Of a DNA stretch of 64,000 bases, positions 50,460 through 63,145 are shown one piece after another. Within the stretch, counting starts at the first letter, position 1, and each line of letters opens with the position of its first letter. A model generated the notes under the pieces. The model was given only the letters and a program-made list of their open reading frames with translations. It was not told where the DNA came from and did not search any database. Source of the stretch: Auanema rhodensis (taxonomy: Eukaryota; Animalia; Nematoda); assembly GCA_964057225.1 (NCBI GenBank), contig OZ059896.1, forward strand, positions 12,338,001 to 12,402,000. The letters are read 5' to 3'. The position numbers and the translations under genes are program-made.

Positions 50460-51708
50460 ATTTGAAAGTTTTACTTGTTACAATAAATATAATTAATAAC
50501 AACTCGAATTAAACCCAATTAACCTTCGATATGTGTTGCATTGAAATAACCATAACAAGTACGGTGAACAAAACGATATACAGTCCTGTGCGATGAAGGT
50601 TGCACACCCCTATGTTAGAAGCCCCATAATTCCCCTTCAAACTACAAAAAAACAATTTTTTTAATTTCAAAAATTTTGCGAGTTCATATAGTATATATTG
50701 AGTCAAAATATATGTTAATATAACTAAAACTGATTTCAGTATTATTTTCTAAATTTATAAGGAAAAATAGTGTTTTTTGACAATTTTGAATAATTCATCT
50801 TAATATAACAGATTTTGAGATTAGGAAAAAAGTTAATTCATTAGAAATGTTTTAAAATGATTCTAAGCGCAGAACTTGATCAATAACCAAGTTTTTCCTA
50901 TGGCATGGCATAGCTTCAAACAAGTAAGCTTCATCATCTGAATCTTACTGAATATCTATGAAGAGATCTTGGTTGACGTACAACCAAATTCTCCCGTTTA
51001 AAAGAAAAATTGACGTTTAGTGTACTCCTAACATTCTATCAAAAAATTATTTCTGAAATCTTGATGAAACTTCTGAAAATCACGAAAGAAGACTTCAAGC
51101 TATTTATAAAAATTTCGGAGACTTCAGAAAATACTTTCAAACATAATTTTTAAAACTTTAAAGATTTTTTCTGAATCCATTATTGTTTTTTAACATCCAA
51201 AATATATTTTTTCTCAGTTTTTGTAGTTTGTCTGAGAAGGTATAAGGGTTTCTAGTGTGTGTGCAACCTTCATCGCACAGGACTGTACATGCAAGAGATT
51301 TATTGTTCTTTAAAATTAAAATTAAATAGAACAAACACAATACAATAAAGTAATAAACAAAATAAGTAAACAAACATATCAAAAAAGCAAATATGATTAT
51401 TAAATATAATAAATGAATAAAGAAATAAATAAAATTTAAAAACAAATTTAAATATTTTAAATTTATAATTTTTTTTTCACTTAATGTATTTAAAAAATAA
51501 TTTAAAAATATATAATTAAATACATATATTTGAAAAACAAATTTAAAATTTAATTTTAAAATAAAATTTAAATCATGATTTTTAAATTTAAAAAAGGAAA
51601 ATCCATGAACCATGATCCCAAAATATGATTTGAACAGCTGAAGCTCAAAAATATGTTTTTGACAGCTGTTTGGGAGCGTGGTTAGTAAATTTTGCACGGC
51701 TCTCTACT
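50460..51708. mobile_element. Maverick right terminal region ending at CTCTCTACT (mirror copy begins at 60766)
   Basis: AT-rich subterminal sequence and terminal motif shared with 1-324. Confidence 0.7.
50581..51285. mobile_element. Non-autonomous Tc1-like element (MITE)
   Basis: 27-bp TIRs CAGTCCTGTGCGATGAAGGTTGCACAC with TA on both sides. A partial mirror copy lies at 61189-61426. Confidence 0.92.
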
Positions 51709-51776
51709 GTCAAAAATATACTTTTCCTCCCGAGGCAGGCTCTCGAGCCTCGAGTTTCGCACTCCTCTTCTCACAT

Positions 51777-52840
51777 ATACCGATTAAATTTGAGTTTAAA
51801 TTTAAACAAATTTCACGTTTCACTCACGCTGACTACGAAATGATCAACAAACAACTAGCCAACATCGATTTCTGTTCTGAACGTTCAGGTTTAACTCCAC
51901 TACAATCATATTCTTAGTTTGTCGCTATTCTTCGTTCTGTAATATCTTCGTATGTTCCCAAGAAACAGACAAAGAAAAACAAAAAGCTGGATCGTGAAAT
52001 CAAAAAACTTCACAACCAAATTAAAAAGTTTAGTTGCTCTCTGTACCCATCTGATGAAATCCGTCGTAAAAAACTCTGTGCTGCTTTCGATAGACTCACA
52101 AAACGCAAGTATGCATTAGAAGAAGAACGCATTGCTAATTTCAGAAATTCCTGACTTTTTCATCGCTTCTGTAGAGAGCGGTTAGGTGGCAATTCATCGG
52201 ACGTCCCAAACCTCACCATTAATCAACAAATAGTATCTTCGGATGCTGACAAAGCCTCCGTTTTTTCCAAAGTTTTTACTGTTAACCCTCTCTTTTTAAC
52301 ATCTCATCCTACCCATAGCTCTACTCCTACCACTTTCGGCTCCTATATCAACTTTGTCGATATATCACCTGAAGTTGTATACAAAACACTCTATCATCCT
52401 CCACTTAGGGTATCTACATCTCCAGGCGGTATTTCGTACTACTTTTTGAAACAATGTGCTGCTCCTCTAGCTCATCCATTAGCTTTCATATTTCACAACC
52501 TTCTTGTTAGTTCAACTTGCCCTCCTAATTGGAAAATGGCCTGGATCCGCCCTGTCTTCAAATCTGGTGTCACTAAAAATCCAGAAAACTATCGACTCAT
52601 CTCTCTCACTTCTAGTCTGTCTAAGGTGTTTGAACGTCTTGTTCGCACTCCTCTTCTCACATTTAGCATATCTTCTGGTTCTATACCTAATTTTCAACAT
52701 GCCTTTCTTCCTAATAGGAATACTGTTTCTGCCATCCTAGACAGTCATGTAAGTTGGAAATCTTTTCTCAACTGCAACGATGTAGTTTTTGTTGCTTTCA
52801 TAGATTTCTCAAAGGCGTTCGATTTAATAAATCATGCCGT
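51777..52840 (+). pseudogene. CR1-like non-LTR retrotransposon ORF2 fragment
   Basis: ADY, SPGG, P.NWK.A...PVFKSG..P.NYR.ISLTS..SKVFER, QHAF, IDFSKAFD. Confidence 0.88.
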
Positions 52841-53048
52841 CATACGCACATGTTTAGTATGTGCTCGCCGATTTGACAGTGGAAAAATAAATATACCGAA
52901 TGAAACTAAAAGAAACAATAAACAAATGTAAGCTTTTATGCTGCTTGATAGTGCAGTATATAGTTAATTTCGAAGACTCAAAGTTTTGGACAAAAACTAT
53001 AGTGAATCCGTGAAACATATATCGGCCAAAACAAAACGCAAAAGTTGA

Positions 53049-53120
53049 AGGTTCCGCCGAGATTTAAATTTGGGTAGGAGGATTCAGAGTCCTGAGTGCT
53101 AATCACAACACCACGGAACC
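53049..53120 (-). tRNA. tRNA-Gln(CTG) pseudogene
   Basis: GGTTCCGTGGTG..TAGCACTCAGGACTCTGAATCCT..AAATCTCGGCGGAACCT. D-loop GG and T-loop GTTC are mutated. Confidence 0.8.
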
Positions 53121-53793
53121 ACTGTAATTTGTCACAAAAAAACTGCCATATATGAGATTCAATCCTCCCTCTTGCGTAAAATAACAGAAAAACAATTACA
53201 AACAATTTGATTGAGATGAGATTTGAATATTTAACTTTCTCGAAGTTTAAACTCAGCTTATTGCAGTTATCCAAGTTTGGTGCTGTAGTTGTGCTTAATT
53301 GAAAAGAATCTTGTTTGTTTTTCATCAACTAAGTGCAAAATTAAAAGTCATCACATGACCTCAAATATCAAGAAACTGAGTTTTGAGCAGCAAAACTAAT
53401 GTTCACGACATTGCAACTTCTCCACACTTTTTATGCTCGAAATATATATGTTCTTCTACTTTCTTTGTTAGGTGTATAGAACTTAACACTTTGGTTTTTA
53501 TTTCGAGACGAACGTTAACAGATAAAAGGATTCACCATCATATCACAAGAAATTACAGTTTGAATTGAACATTAACAAAGAATACAAAAAAAAAACAAAA
53601 AATTTTAAAAATAAAGAATATAATGAAATAAGACACAAATGGTTTGAAAGCAATCGATCTGGGTTAGAACAAAAAAACGTGTTATATCAGCCTCATTTTA
53701 TAAGCGTGGGTCGTTTGGCCATCGGTCACTTGAGTATCTCGCACATGTTTAGTATGTGCTCGCCGATTTGACAGTGAAAAAATGAATACACCC

Positions 53794-55689
53794 GTTACAT
53801 ATTGTTTCTTCCCGTCTTTTCATTGTCGGAAGATATATGTACTTCTACCTTGTTCCTTAGGTAGGCAGACCCGAACGCCCCGATTTCCTTATTAAGATAA
53901 ATACTCAAAGAGAAAAGGATTCATTATCAGATAACAAGAAAATACAATATAAGAATTAAATTAAGAAAGAATATAAAAACATATAATAAAGTATTAAATA
54001 GAGAATATATATAGATGATATAGAGATAAGACTCACATGACTATAAGACAACCTATCTGGGTTAGGCCAGAAGCAAGAGTGCCATGTGTGTTCCATGTTG
54101 TAGGCGGGGCTTGTTCAGGCTCCCGCTATTTGAATAGCGCGCACATGTTTACCATGTGCTTGCAGATGTGACATCCCCCACCTTAAAAAGTTGAACGTCC
54201 TCGCTCAAAAACAAAATAAATTAATTCACTTTTTAAGATAGTTGGATGTTGGAAAAAAAATCATGGTGTAGTGGATAAAAAAAATGTATACAATACGATT
54301 TGAAAGTTTAGCTATTGTCTCTTCAAGTTTGTTGAATTCGAAATGTAGTATCGAGTAGATTCTATTCCATTCACTTGAGTAGTGAAATGCTTGCAAACGA
54401 GAGCTTTGCTTCTAAACCATTCGACTGTGATATAGTCGTTCATTTTCTTGAGTTGTAGAGGTACGGTGTTACCCTGAGTATAGGTCGAGCCCGTTCTGTA
54501 CAAAAAAATGAAAACTCGTTTAACCCGTATGACTAATGTCCATAAGGTGAATACAAGTAATGATTAAGCATAAAAAATAGCAAGATTCACAAGAGAATGT
54601 TGAAAAAAATCTACTCAATGAGAGTTGGAGTAATAAAACAAACCCTTGTAAAACAATAGCAGACTTCCCAGAGAAAATCAATCAACAACAAAGAAGTGTT
54701 ACAATCAGAAATGGCACAAAATAAAAAAAATTTCAACAGTTTGATTTTGTTAAAAAAAAAACTACCTTCAAGAAATTGTGATAACCGGAATAGATGTTGT
54801 CCGTTGGTAAGGTTTGACGAAGTCCTTGTGTACTCTTCTGCTTTTTCCTTTATCTGTTTGAATCACGACGAAAGATCTTTGAACTGCTGTAACTAAATAA
54901 GGCCCTTCGAATGAAGGTGTTAGTTTGTTTCGAGTAGAATTCACTTTTATCATAACTAAGTCATTAACCTGAATTTCTTTATTTTGTGTTCTATTTCGTG
55001 TATTGTACCGTTGTTCGTTCTTCTTTGTGCATGTTTCAATTCTATCTTTTACTATATTAGATGTGCTTTCATTTCGTATTAGCGATCTATTGACAAAGTC
55101 TTCTGTAGGATTGGCTGGTTCCTCAGTTTGAAGATTATTTCCAGGCAATTGATGGTCAATAGGAAGTCTTGCATCCCGACCAAATAATACAACATATGGA
55201 CTAATAGATGTTGATGAGTTTGGTAACGTATTGATCGCAAACATAACTTTGGATAGGTGTATATCCCAGTTAGTTTGTTGTTCATTCACGAATGAAGAGA
55301 GAGCTTCTTCCAAAGTTCTATGAAGTCTCTCAACTTGTCCATTAGCATTTTTATGATATGGTAGCGTAGTAGTGTGTTTAATTCCAAATTGTTTACACAT
55401 AGCTTGAAATTCAGATGACAAAAAGCTACTACCATTATCGGTTATCATACTCATTGGTGGTCCATATATGAAAACAAATCTAATTACAAACGCTTTTGTG
55501 ATTTCAGTAGTTGTTTGTGTTATTAATGGGCAAGTTGTTCCCCATTTACTAAAAGCATCTTGAATACTCAAGATGTATCGATGTCCATCATTAGTGCGAG
55601 GTAAAGGACCTAGTATATCTTCATGAATACGATCAAATGGCTTTTCGGGTATAACAAATCTTCCCATAGGTTGAATATACGATTGGTGT
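53794..55689 (-). mobile_element. Mirror copy of Gypsy integrase, 3' UTR and 3' LTR
   Basis: Reverse complement of 56785-58680; ORF 54768-55667. Confidence 0.92.
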
Positions 55690-57706
55690 TAAACCAGATC
55701 CTGCTAAGATACAGGCTGTTTCCGAATTTCCAAATCCAAGTACAGTTACGGCTGTCAGATCCTTTCTAGGTATGACTAACTATTTTCGACGGTTTATTCA
55801 AAATTATGCCGGAATAGCTGAGCCATTGTATAAGTTAACACATAAGGATACTCCATTTGAGTGGAAATCGGAACATTCAGACGCATTTAAAACTTTAAAA
55901 ACATTACTGTGTACTGCCCCTGTACTGAAATCTCCTAAAGCAGACCAACCTTTTGTTATAGAAAGTGATGGCAGTATGATCGCTGTGGGAGCAGTTTTAT
56001 TGCAATCAGCAGAGAAAAATTCTCCATTACACCCGATTGCGTTCGCTAGTAGAAAGTTGACTCCAGCGGAACGGAAATATCCTCCTATTGAAGTTGAAGC
56101 ACTCGGTTTAGTCTTTGCTCTTCAACAATTCCGTACCTATGTATTAGGAGTACCTACCACAGTTATCAAAGATCACCGACCATTAACCAGTTTAATGTCG
56201 CGTAAAGATCTCATAGGTATATTAGCCAAGTATCAACTAATGATACAAGATTTCAACATAAAGATTGAATATCGTCCTGGCAAATTAAACAGTGTCTGTG
56301 ATGCTCTTTCTAGGTATATAGGAAACGAAGCAAATGACAGTCGTCCTACTAAACCAAAGGACAAAGTAAAACCTGTTGATGCTTTCATTGCTCATATTAC
56401 AACTATTTCTTCTATTGACCAACTAAATTGTGAAGAAATACGGAAAGTTCAAGCTGGAGTTCTCTGGATTCGCGAAGCACTTTCTCAAAATAATAATGAT
56501 AACTGTCCGGCTAATATATCAGACCGGTATGAAGAACAAGAAGGCATATTACATGCAAAACAGACGAAAAATTATTTAAAACTATCTATTATTTTGCCTC
56601 GAAACGACAAAATAACTGATGTTGTTATCAAGTTTTTCCATGAAGATTCCAAAATTGGTGCACACCTAGGTATAAATAACACTACTGATGCGATTCGACG
56701 ACGATTCTTTTGGACTAATATGGTTCCACAAATAACTGAATTTATTAATCGTTGTACAAAATGTGCAAGTAGGAAATCTAACCCACACCAATCGTATATT
56801 CAACCTATGGGAAGATTTGTTATACCCGAAAAGCCATTTGATCGTATTCATGAAGATATACTAGGTCCTTTACCTCGCACTAATGATGGACATCGATACA
56901 TCTTGAGTATTCAAGATGCTTTTAGTAAATGGGGAACAACTTGCCCATTAATAACACAAACAACTACTGAAATCACAAAAGCGTTTGTAATTAGATTTGT
57001 TTTCATATATGGACCACCAATGAGTATGATAACCGATAATGGTAGTAGCTTTTTGTCATCTGAATTTCAAGCTATGTGTAAACAATTTGGAATTAAACAC
57101 ACTACTACGCTACCATATCATAAAAATGCTAATGGACAAGTTGAGAGACTTCATAGAACTTTGGAAGAAGCTCTCTCTTCATTCGTGAATGAACAACAAA
57201 CTAACTGGGATATACACCTACCCAAAGTTATGTTTGCGATCAATACGTTACCAAACTCATCAACATCTATTAGTCCATATGTTGTATTATTTGGTCGGGA
57301 TGCAAGACTTCCTATTGACCATCAATTGCCTGGAAATAATCTTCAAACTGAGGAACCAGCCAATCCTACAGAAGACTTTGTCAATAGATCGCTAATACGA
57401 AATGAAAGCACATCTAATATAGTAAAAGATAGAATTGAAACATGCACAAAGAAGAACGAACAACGGTACAATACACGAAATAGAACACAAAATAAAGAAA
57501 TTCAGGTTAATGACTTAGTTATGATAAAAGTGAATTCTACTCGAAACAAACTAACACCTTCATTCGAAGGGCCTTATTTAGTTACAGCAGTTCAAAGATC
57601 TTTCGTCGTGATTCAAACAGATAAAGGAAAAAGCAGAAGAGTACACAAGGACTTCGTCAAACCTTACCAACGGACAACATCTATTCCGGTTATCACAATT
57701 TCTTGA
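55690..57706 (+). CDS. Ty3/Gypsy pol C-terminal part (RT thumb, RNase H, integrase), open but 5'-truncated
   Basis: ESDGS..VGAVLLQ, PIAFASRKL, DHRPL, YRPGK.N..DALSR, HHCC zinc motif, DILGP, ITDNG, NGQVER.HRT, GPY. Confidence 0.95.
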
Positions 57707-58285
57707 AGGTAGTTTTTTTTTTAACAAAATCAAACTGTTGAAATTTTTTTTATTTTGTGCCATTTCTGATTGTAACACTTCTTTGTTGTTGATTGATTTT
57801 CTCTGGGAAGTCTGCTATTGTTTTACAAGGGTTTGTTTTATTACTCCAACTCTCATTGAGTAGATTTTTTTCAACATTCTCTTGTGAATCTTGCTATTTT
57901 TTATGCTTAATCATTACTTGTATTCACCTTATGGACATTAGTCATACGGGTTAAACGAGTTTTCATTTTTTTGTACAGAACGGGCTCGACCTATACTCAG
58001 GGTAACACCGTACCTCTACAACTCAAGAAAATGAACGACTATATCACAGTCGAATGGTTTAGAAGCAAAGCTCTCGTTTGCAAGCATTTCACTACTCAAG
58101 TGAATGGAATAGAATCTACTCGATACTACATTTCGAATTCAACAAACTTGAAGAGACAATAGCTAAACTTTCAAATCGTATTGTATACATTTTTTTTATC
58201 CACTACACCATGATTTTTTTTCCAACATCCAACTATCTTAAAAAGTGAATTAATTTATTTTGTTTTTGAGCGAGGACGTTCAACT

Positions 58286-58680
58286 TTTTAAGGTGGGGGA
58301 TGTCACATCTGCAAGCACATGGTAAACATGTGCGCGCTATTCAAATAGCGGGAGCCTGAACAAGCCCCGCCTACAACATGGAACACACATGGCACTCTTG
58401 CTTCTGGCCTAACCCAGATAGGTTGTCTTATAGTCATGTGAGTCTTATCTCTATATCATCTATATATATTCTCTATTTAATACTTTATTATATGTTTTTA
58501 TATTCTTTCTTAATTTAATTCTTATATTGTATTTTCTTGTTATCTGATAATGAATCCTTTTCTCTTTGAGTATTTATCTTAATAAGGAAATCGGGGCGTT
58601 CGGGTCTGCCTACCTAAGGAACAAGGTAGAAGTACATATATCTTCCGACAATGAAAAGACGGGAAGAAACAATATGTAAC
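58286..58680 (+). mobile_element. Gypsy polypurine tract and 3' LTR
   Basis: AAGGTGGGGGA followed by TGTCAC at 58301. Unique sequence ends at ~58680, where the 894-bp repeat resumes. Confidence 0.75.
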
Positions 58681-59353
58681 GGGTGTATTCATTTTTTCAC
58701 TGTCAAATCGGCGAGCACATACTAAACATGTGCGAGATACTCAAGTGACCGATGGCCAAACGACCCACGCTTATAAAATGAGGCTGATATAACACGTTTT
58801 TTTGTTCTAACCCAGATCGATTGCTTTCAAACCATTTGTGTCTTATTTCATTATATTCTTTATTTTTAAAATTTTTTGTTTTTTTTTTGTATTCTTTGTT
58901 AATGTTCAATTCAAACTGTAATTTCTTGTGATATGATGGTGAATCCTTTTATCTGTTAACGTTCGTCTCGAAATAAAAACCAAAGTGTTAAGTTCTATAC
59001 ACCTAACAAAGAAAGTAGAAGAACATATATATTTCGAGCATAAAAAGTGTGGAGAAGTTGCAATGTCGTGAACATTAGTTTTGCTGCTCAAAACTCAGTT
59101 TCTTGATATTTGAGGTCATGTGATGACTTTTAATTTTGCACTTAGTTGATGAAAAACAAACAAGATTCTTTTCAATTAAGCACAACTACAGCACCAAACT
59201 TGGATAACTGCAATAAGCTGAGTTTAAACTTCGAGAAAGTTAAATATTCAAATCTCATCTCAATCAAATTGTTTGTAATTGTTTTTCTGTTATTTTACGC
59301 AAGAGGGAGGATTGAATCTCATATATGGCAGTTTTTTTGTGACAAATTACAGT

Positions 59354-59425
59354 GGTTCCGTGGTGTTGTGATTAGCACTCAGGACTCTGAATCCTCCTAC
59401 CCAAATTTAAATCTCGGCGGAACCT
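59354..59425 (+). tRNA. tRNA-Gln(CTG) pseudogene (mirror copy)
   Basis: 72 nt, acceptor stem GGTTCCG/CGGAACC, anticodon CTG, followed by T runs. Confidence 0.8.
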
Positions 59426-59633
59426 TCAACTTTTGCGTTTTGTTTTGGCCGATATATGTTTCACGGATTCACTATAGTTTTTGTCCAAAACTTTGAGTCT
59501 TCGAAATTAACTATATACTGCACTATCAAGCAGCATAAAAGCTTACATTTGTTTATTGTTTCTTTTAGTTTCATTCGGTATATTTATTTTTCCACTGTCA
59601 AATCGGCGAGCACATACTAAACATGTGCGTATG

Positions 59634-60697
59634 ACGGCATGATTTATTAAATCGAACGCCTTTGAGAAATCTATGAAAGCAACAAAAACTACATCGTTGC
59701 AGTTGAGAAAAGATTTCCAACTTACATGACTGTCTAGGATGGCAGAAACAGTATTCCTATTAGGAAGAAAGGCATGTTGAAAATTAGGTATAGAACCAGA
59801 AGATATGCTAAATGTGAGAAGAGGAGTGCGAACAAGACGTTCAAACACCTTAGACAGACTAGAAGTGAGAGAGATGAGTCGATAGTTTTCTGGATTTTTA
59901 GTGACACCAGATTTGAAGACAGGGCGGATCCAGGCCATTTTCCAATTAGGAGGGCAAGTTGAACTAACAAGAAGGTTGTGAAATATGAAAGCTAATGGAT
60001 GAGCTAGAGGAGCAGCACATTGTTTCAAAAAGTAGTACGAAATACCGCCTGGAGATGTAGATACCCTAAGTGGAGGATGATAGAGTGTTTTGTATACAAC
60101 TTCAGGTGATATATCGACAAAGTTGATATAGGAGCCGAAAGTGGTAGGAGTAGAGCTATGGGTAGGATGAGATGTTAAAAAGAGAGGGTTAACAGTAAAA
60201 ACTTTGGAAAAAACGGAGGCTTTGTCAGCATCCGAAGATACTATTTGTTGATTAATGGTGAGGTTTGGGACGTCCGATGAATTGCCACCTAACCGCTCTC
60301 TACAGAAGCGATGAAAAAGTCAGGAATTTCTGAAATTAGCAATGCGTTCTTCTTCTAATGCATACTTGCGTTTTGTGAGTCTATCGAAAGCAGCACAGAG
60401 TTTTTTACGACGGATTTCATCAGATGGGTACAGAGAGCAACTAAACTTTTTAATTTGGTTGTGAAGTTTTTTGATTTCACGATCCAGCTTTTTGTTTTTC
60501 TTTGTCTGTTTCTTGGGAACATACGAAGATATTACAGAACGAAGAATAGCGACAAACTAAGAATATGATTGTAGTGGAGTTAAACCTGAACGTTCAGAAC
60601 AGAAATCGATGTTGGCTAGTTGTTTGTTGATCATTTCGTAGTCAGCGTGAGTGAAACGTGAAATTTGTTTAAATTTAAACTCAAATTTAATCGGTAT
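59634..60697 (-). pseudogene. CR1-like ORF2 fragment, mirror copy
   Basis: ORF 59543-60028 is identical to 52446-52931. Confidence 0.88.
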
Positions 60698-62179
60698 ATG
60701 TGAGAAGAGGAGTGCGAAACTCGAGGCTCGAGAGCCTGCCTCGGGAGGAAAAGTATATTTTTGACAGTAGAGAGCCGTGCAAAATTTACTAACCACGCTC
60801 CCAAACAGCTGTCAAAAACATATTTTTGAGCTTCAGCTGTTCAAATCATATTTTGGGATCATGGTTCATGGATTTTCCTTTTTTAAATTTAAAAATCATG
60901 ATTTAAATTTTATTTTAAAATTAAATTTTAAATTTGTTTTTCAAATATATGTATTTAATTATATATTTTTAAATTATTTTTTAAATACATTAAGTGAAAA
61001 AAAAATTATAAATTTTAAATATTTAAATTTGTTTTTAAATTTTATTTATTTCTTTATTCATTTATTATATTTAATAATCATATTTGCTTTTTTGATATGT
61101 TTGTTTACTTATTTTGTTTATTACTTTATTGTATTGTGTTTGTTCTATTTAATTTTAATTTTAAAGAACAATAAATCTCTTGCATGTACAGTCCTGTGCG
61201 ATGAAGGTTGCACACACACTAGAAACCCTTATACCTTCTCAGACAAACTACAAAAACTGAGAAAAAATATATTTTGGATGTTAAAAAACAATAATGGATT
61301 CAGAAAAAATCTTTAAAGTTTTAAAAATTATGTTTGAAAGTATTTTCTGAAGTCTCCGAAATTTTTATAAATAGCTTGAAGTCTTCTTTCGTGATTTTCA
61401 GAAGTTTCATCAAGATTTCAGAAATATGAAAAAAAAAAACAATATGATTGAGATGAGAATTGAATATTTAACTTTCTCGAAGTTTAAACTCAGCTTATTG
61501 CAGTTTTCCAAGTTTGGTGCTGTAGTTGTGCTTAATTGAAAACAATCTTGTTTGTTTTTCATCAACTAAGTGTGAAATTAAAAGTCATCACATGACCTCG
61601 AATATCAAGAAACTGAGTTTTGAGCAGCAAAACTATTGTTAACGACATTGCGTCTTCACCGCACTTTTTATGCTCGAAATATAAATGTTCTTCTACCTTC
61701 TTTGTTAGGTGTAGAAAACTTAACACTTTGGTTGCTATTTCGAGACGAACGTTAACAGATAAAAGGATTCACCATCATATCACAAGAAATTACAGTATGA
61801 ATTCAACATTAACAAAGAATACAAAAAAAAACAAAAAATTATAAAAATAAAGAATATAATGAAATGAGACACAAATGGTTTGAAAACAATCAATCTGAGT
61901 TAGAACAAAAAAACGTGTTCTATCAGCATCATTTTATAAGCGTGGGTCGTTTGGCCATTGGTCACTTGAGTATCTCGCACATGTTTAGTATGTGCTCGCC
62001 GATTTGACAGTGAAAAAATGAATACACCGAATGAAACTAAAAGAAACAATAAACAAATGTGAGGTTTTATGCTGCATGATAGTGTAGTATACGGTTATTT
62101 TCGAAGACTCAAAGTTTCGGACAAAAACTATAATGAATCTGTGAAACATATATCGACCAAAACAAAACGCAAAAGTTGA

Positions 62180-62251
62180 AGGTTCCGCCGAGATTAAAAT
62201 TCGGGTAGGAGGATTCAGAGTCCTGAGTGCTAATCACAACACCACGGAACT
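62180..62251 (-). tRNA. tRNA-Gln(CTG) pseudogene
   Basis: Same tRNA body with additional substitutions. Confidence 0.75.
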
Positions 62252-63073
62252 ACTGTAATTTGTTACAAGAGAACTGCCATACATGAGATTCAATTCCTTC
62301 TCTCGCGTAAAATAACAGGAAACCAATTACGAACATTATGATTAAGATGAGAATTGAATATTTAACTTTCTCGAAGTTTAAACTCAGCTTATTGCAGTTT
62401 TCCAAGTTTGGTGCTGTAGTTGTGCTTAATTGAAAACAATCTTGTTCGTTTTTCATCAACTAAGTGTTAAATTAAAAGTCATCACAAGACCTCGAATATC
62501 AAGAAACTGAGTTTTGAGCAGCAAAACTATTGTTAACGACATTGCGTCTTCTCCGCACCTTTTATGCTCGAAATATATATGTTCTTCTACCTTCTTTGTT
62601 AGGTGTAGAGAACTTAACACTTTGGTTGCTATTTCGAGACGAACGTTAACAGATAAAAGGATTCACCATCATATCACAAGAAATTATAGTATGAATTCAA
62701 CATTAACAAAAAATACAAAAAAAAACAAAAAATTATAAAAATAAAGAATATAATGAAATAAGACACAAATGGTTTGAAAGCAATCGATCTAAGTTAGAAC
62801 AAAAAAACGTGTTATATCAGCATCATTTTTTAAGCGTGGCTTGTTTGGCCATCGGTCACTTGAGTATCTCGCACATGTTTAGTATGTGCTCGCCGATTTG
62901 ACAGTGGAAAAATAAATAAACCGAATGAAACTAGAAGAAACAATAAACAAATGTAAGCTTTTATGCTGCTTGATGGTGCAGTATATAGTTATTTTCGAAG
63001 ACTCAAAGTTTTGAACAAAAACTATAGTGAATCTGTGAAACATATATCGGCCAAAACAAAACGCAAAAGTTGA

Positions 63074-63145
63074 ATGTTCCGCCGAGATTTAAATTCGAGT
63101 AGGAGGATTTAGAGTCCTGAGTGATAATCACAACACCACGGAACC
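63074..63145 (-). tRNA. tRNA-Gln-derived pseudogene with a CTA anticodon
   Basis: Reverse complement reads CAGGA CT CTA AA TCCTC. Confidence 0.7.

Larger units (their letters stand above)
51048..61426. repeat. Large inverted duplication: arms 51048-55689 and 56785-61426, 1095-nt spacer
   Basis: Mirror ORFs all sum to 112474. Arms are near-identical with a few SNPs (HLSK/HLPK; NLK/NFK). Confidence 0.97.

Noticed and set aside
51158-51697. 179-aa hydrophobic ORF (also 60777-61316, 537-737, 4828-5028)
   Set aside because: F/L/I/Y/K-rich translation of AT-rich low-complexity DNA that crosses element boundaries.
51709-51755. GC-rich CTCGAG..CTCGAG segment as a Helitron end or terminator
   Set aside because: No CTRR end at the expected spacing; too short to classify.
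53049-53120. Functional tRNA-Gln genes
   Set aside because: All copies lack the T-loop GTTC and the D-loop GG, and have stem mismatches.
52978-53771. Repeated small ORFs in the 894-bp satellite
   Set aside because: They run across tRNA and LTR sequence and their stops vary between units.
57971-58162. Small ORF after the Gypsy integrase as an env
   Set aside because: Only 63 aa, with a non-ATG start and no signal or TM segment.
58701-59595. The 894-bp unit as a TRIM/Cassandra-like tandem retroelement carrying a tRNA
   Set aside because: No TGG primer-binding site after the LTR-like part and no polypurine tract before it. A solo LTR in a tRNA repeat fits better.
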